This document shows, in pieces, positions 63,904-64,000 of a stretch of 64,000 nucleotides of DNA. The notes beneath the pieces were generated by a model. The model did not search any database and was not told the DNA's origin. It was given only the letters and a program-made list of their open reading frames with translations. Where the stretch lies: contig JAAPAO010000069.1 of assembly GCA_013115145.1 (NCBI GenBank), positions 29,800 to 93,799 of the forward strand, written 5' to 3'. Numbering within the stretch: position 1 is the first letter of the stretch; each line of letters opens with the position of its first letter. Both the position numbers and the translations under genes were made by a program. The stretch is from Perkinsus chesapeaki ATCC PRA-425. Lineage: Eukaryota; Protista; Perkinsozoa.

Positions 63904-64000
63904 CGCGCGCGACTTTCCCCGCCCTTCCCCTGTGCTGTTCCGTAGAACTGTAACCAACTCAAACGCGCAAAGCAATAAACCAGATACTTGTCCTTTGAGG

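Overview
Gene-dense eukaryotic DNA with many short (about 45-60 nt) GT-AG introns. Gene content and intron style suggest an alveolate, probably Perkinsus-like (inference). No CRISPR arrays, rRNA or tRNA genes were seen. In order, the window holds: two tandem ELO fatty-acid elongases, a YfcD-like Nudix hydrolase, an RNI-like LRR protein, two tandem sphingomyelin/sphingolipid synthase genes, a CAF1/POP2 paralog with a degenerate active site and a polyproline tail, a 20 kb axonemal dynein heavy chain (DNAH2/I1-beta type), uncharacterised coiled-coil genes, an FCS-like zinc-finger protein, eIF2B-gamma, SAS10/UTP3, two multi-exon 7-TM paralogs, Nopp140/SRP40, NUP54, BUD23, a decayed RTE-like retrotransposon, an orphan aspartic-protease half and terminal repeats/palindromes. 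Two copies of a TA-flanked Tc1/mariner-type MITE are present, one inside a dynein intron. The top candidate discovery is the 7-TM pair at 49816-52015 and 52613-56156. It is invisible in the ORF track, but once spliced by hand its helix layout and motifs resemble DUF3537/gustatory-receptor-like 7TM ion channels. All gene models were spliced by eye and no database search was run.
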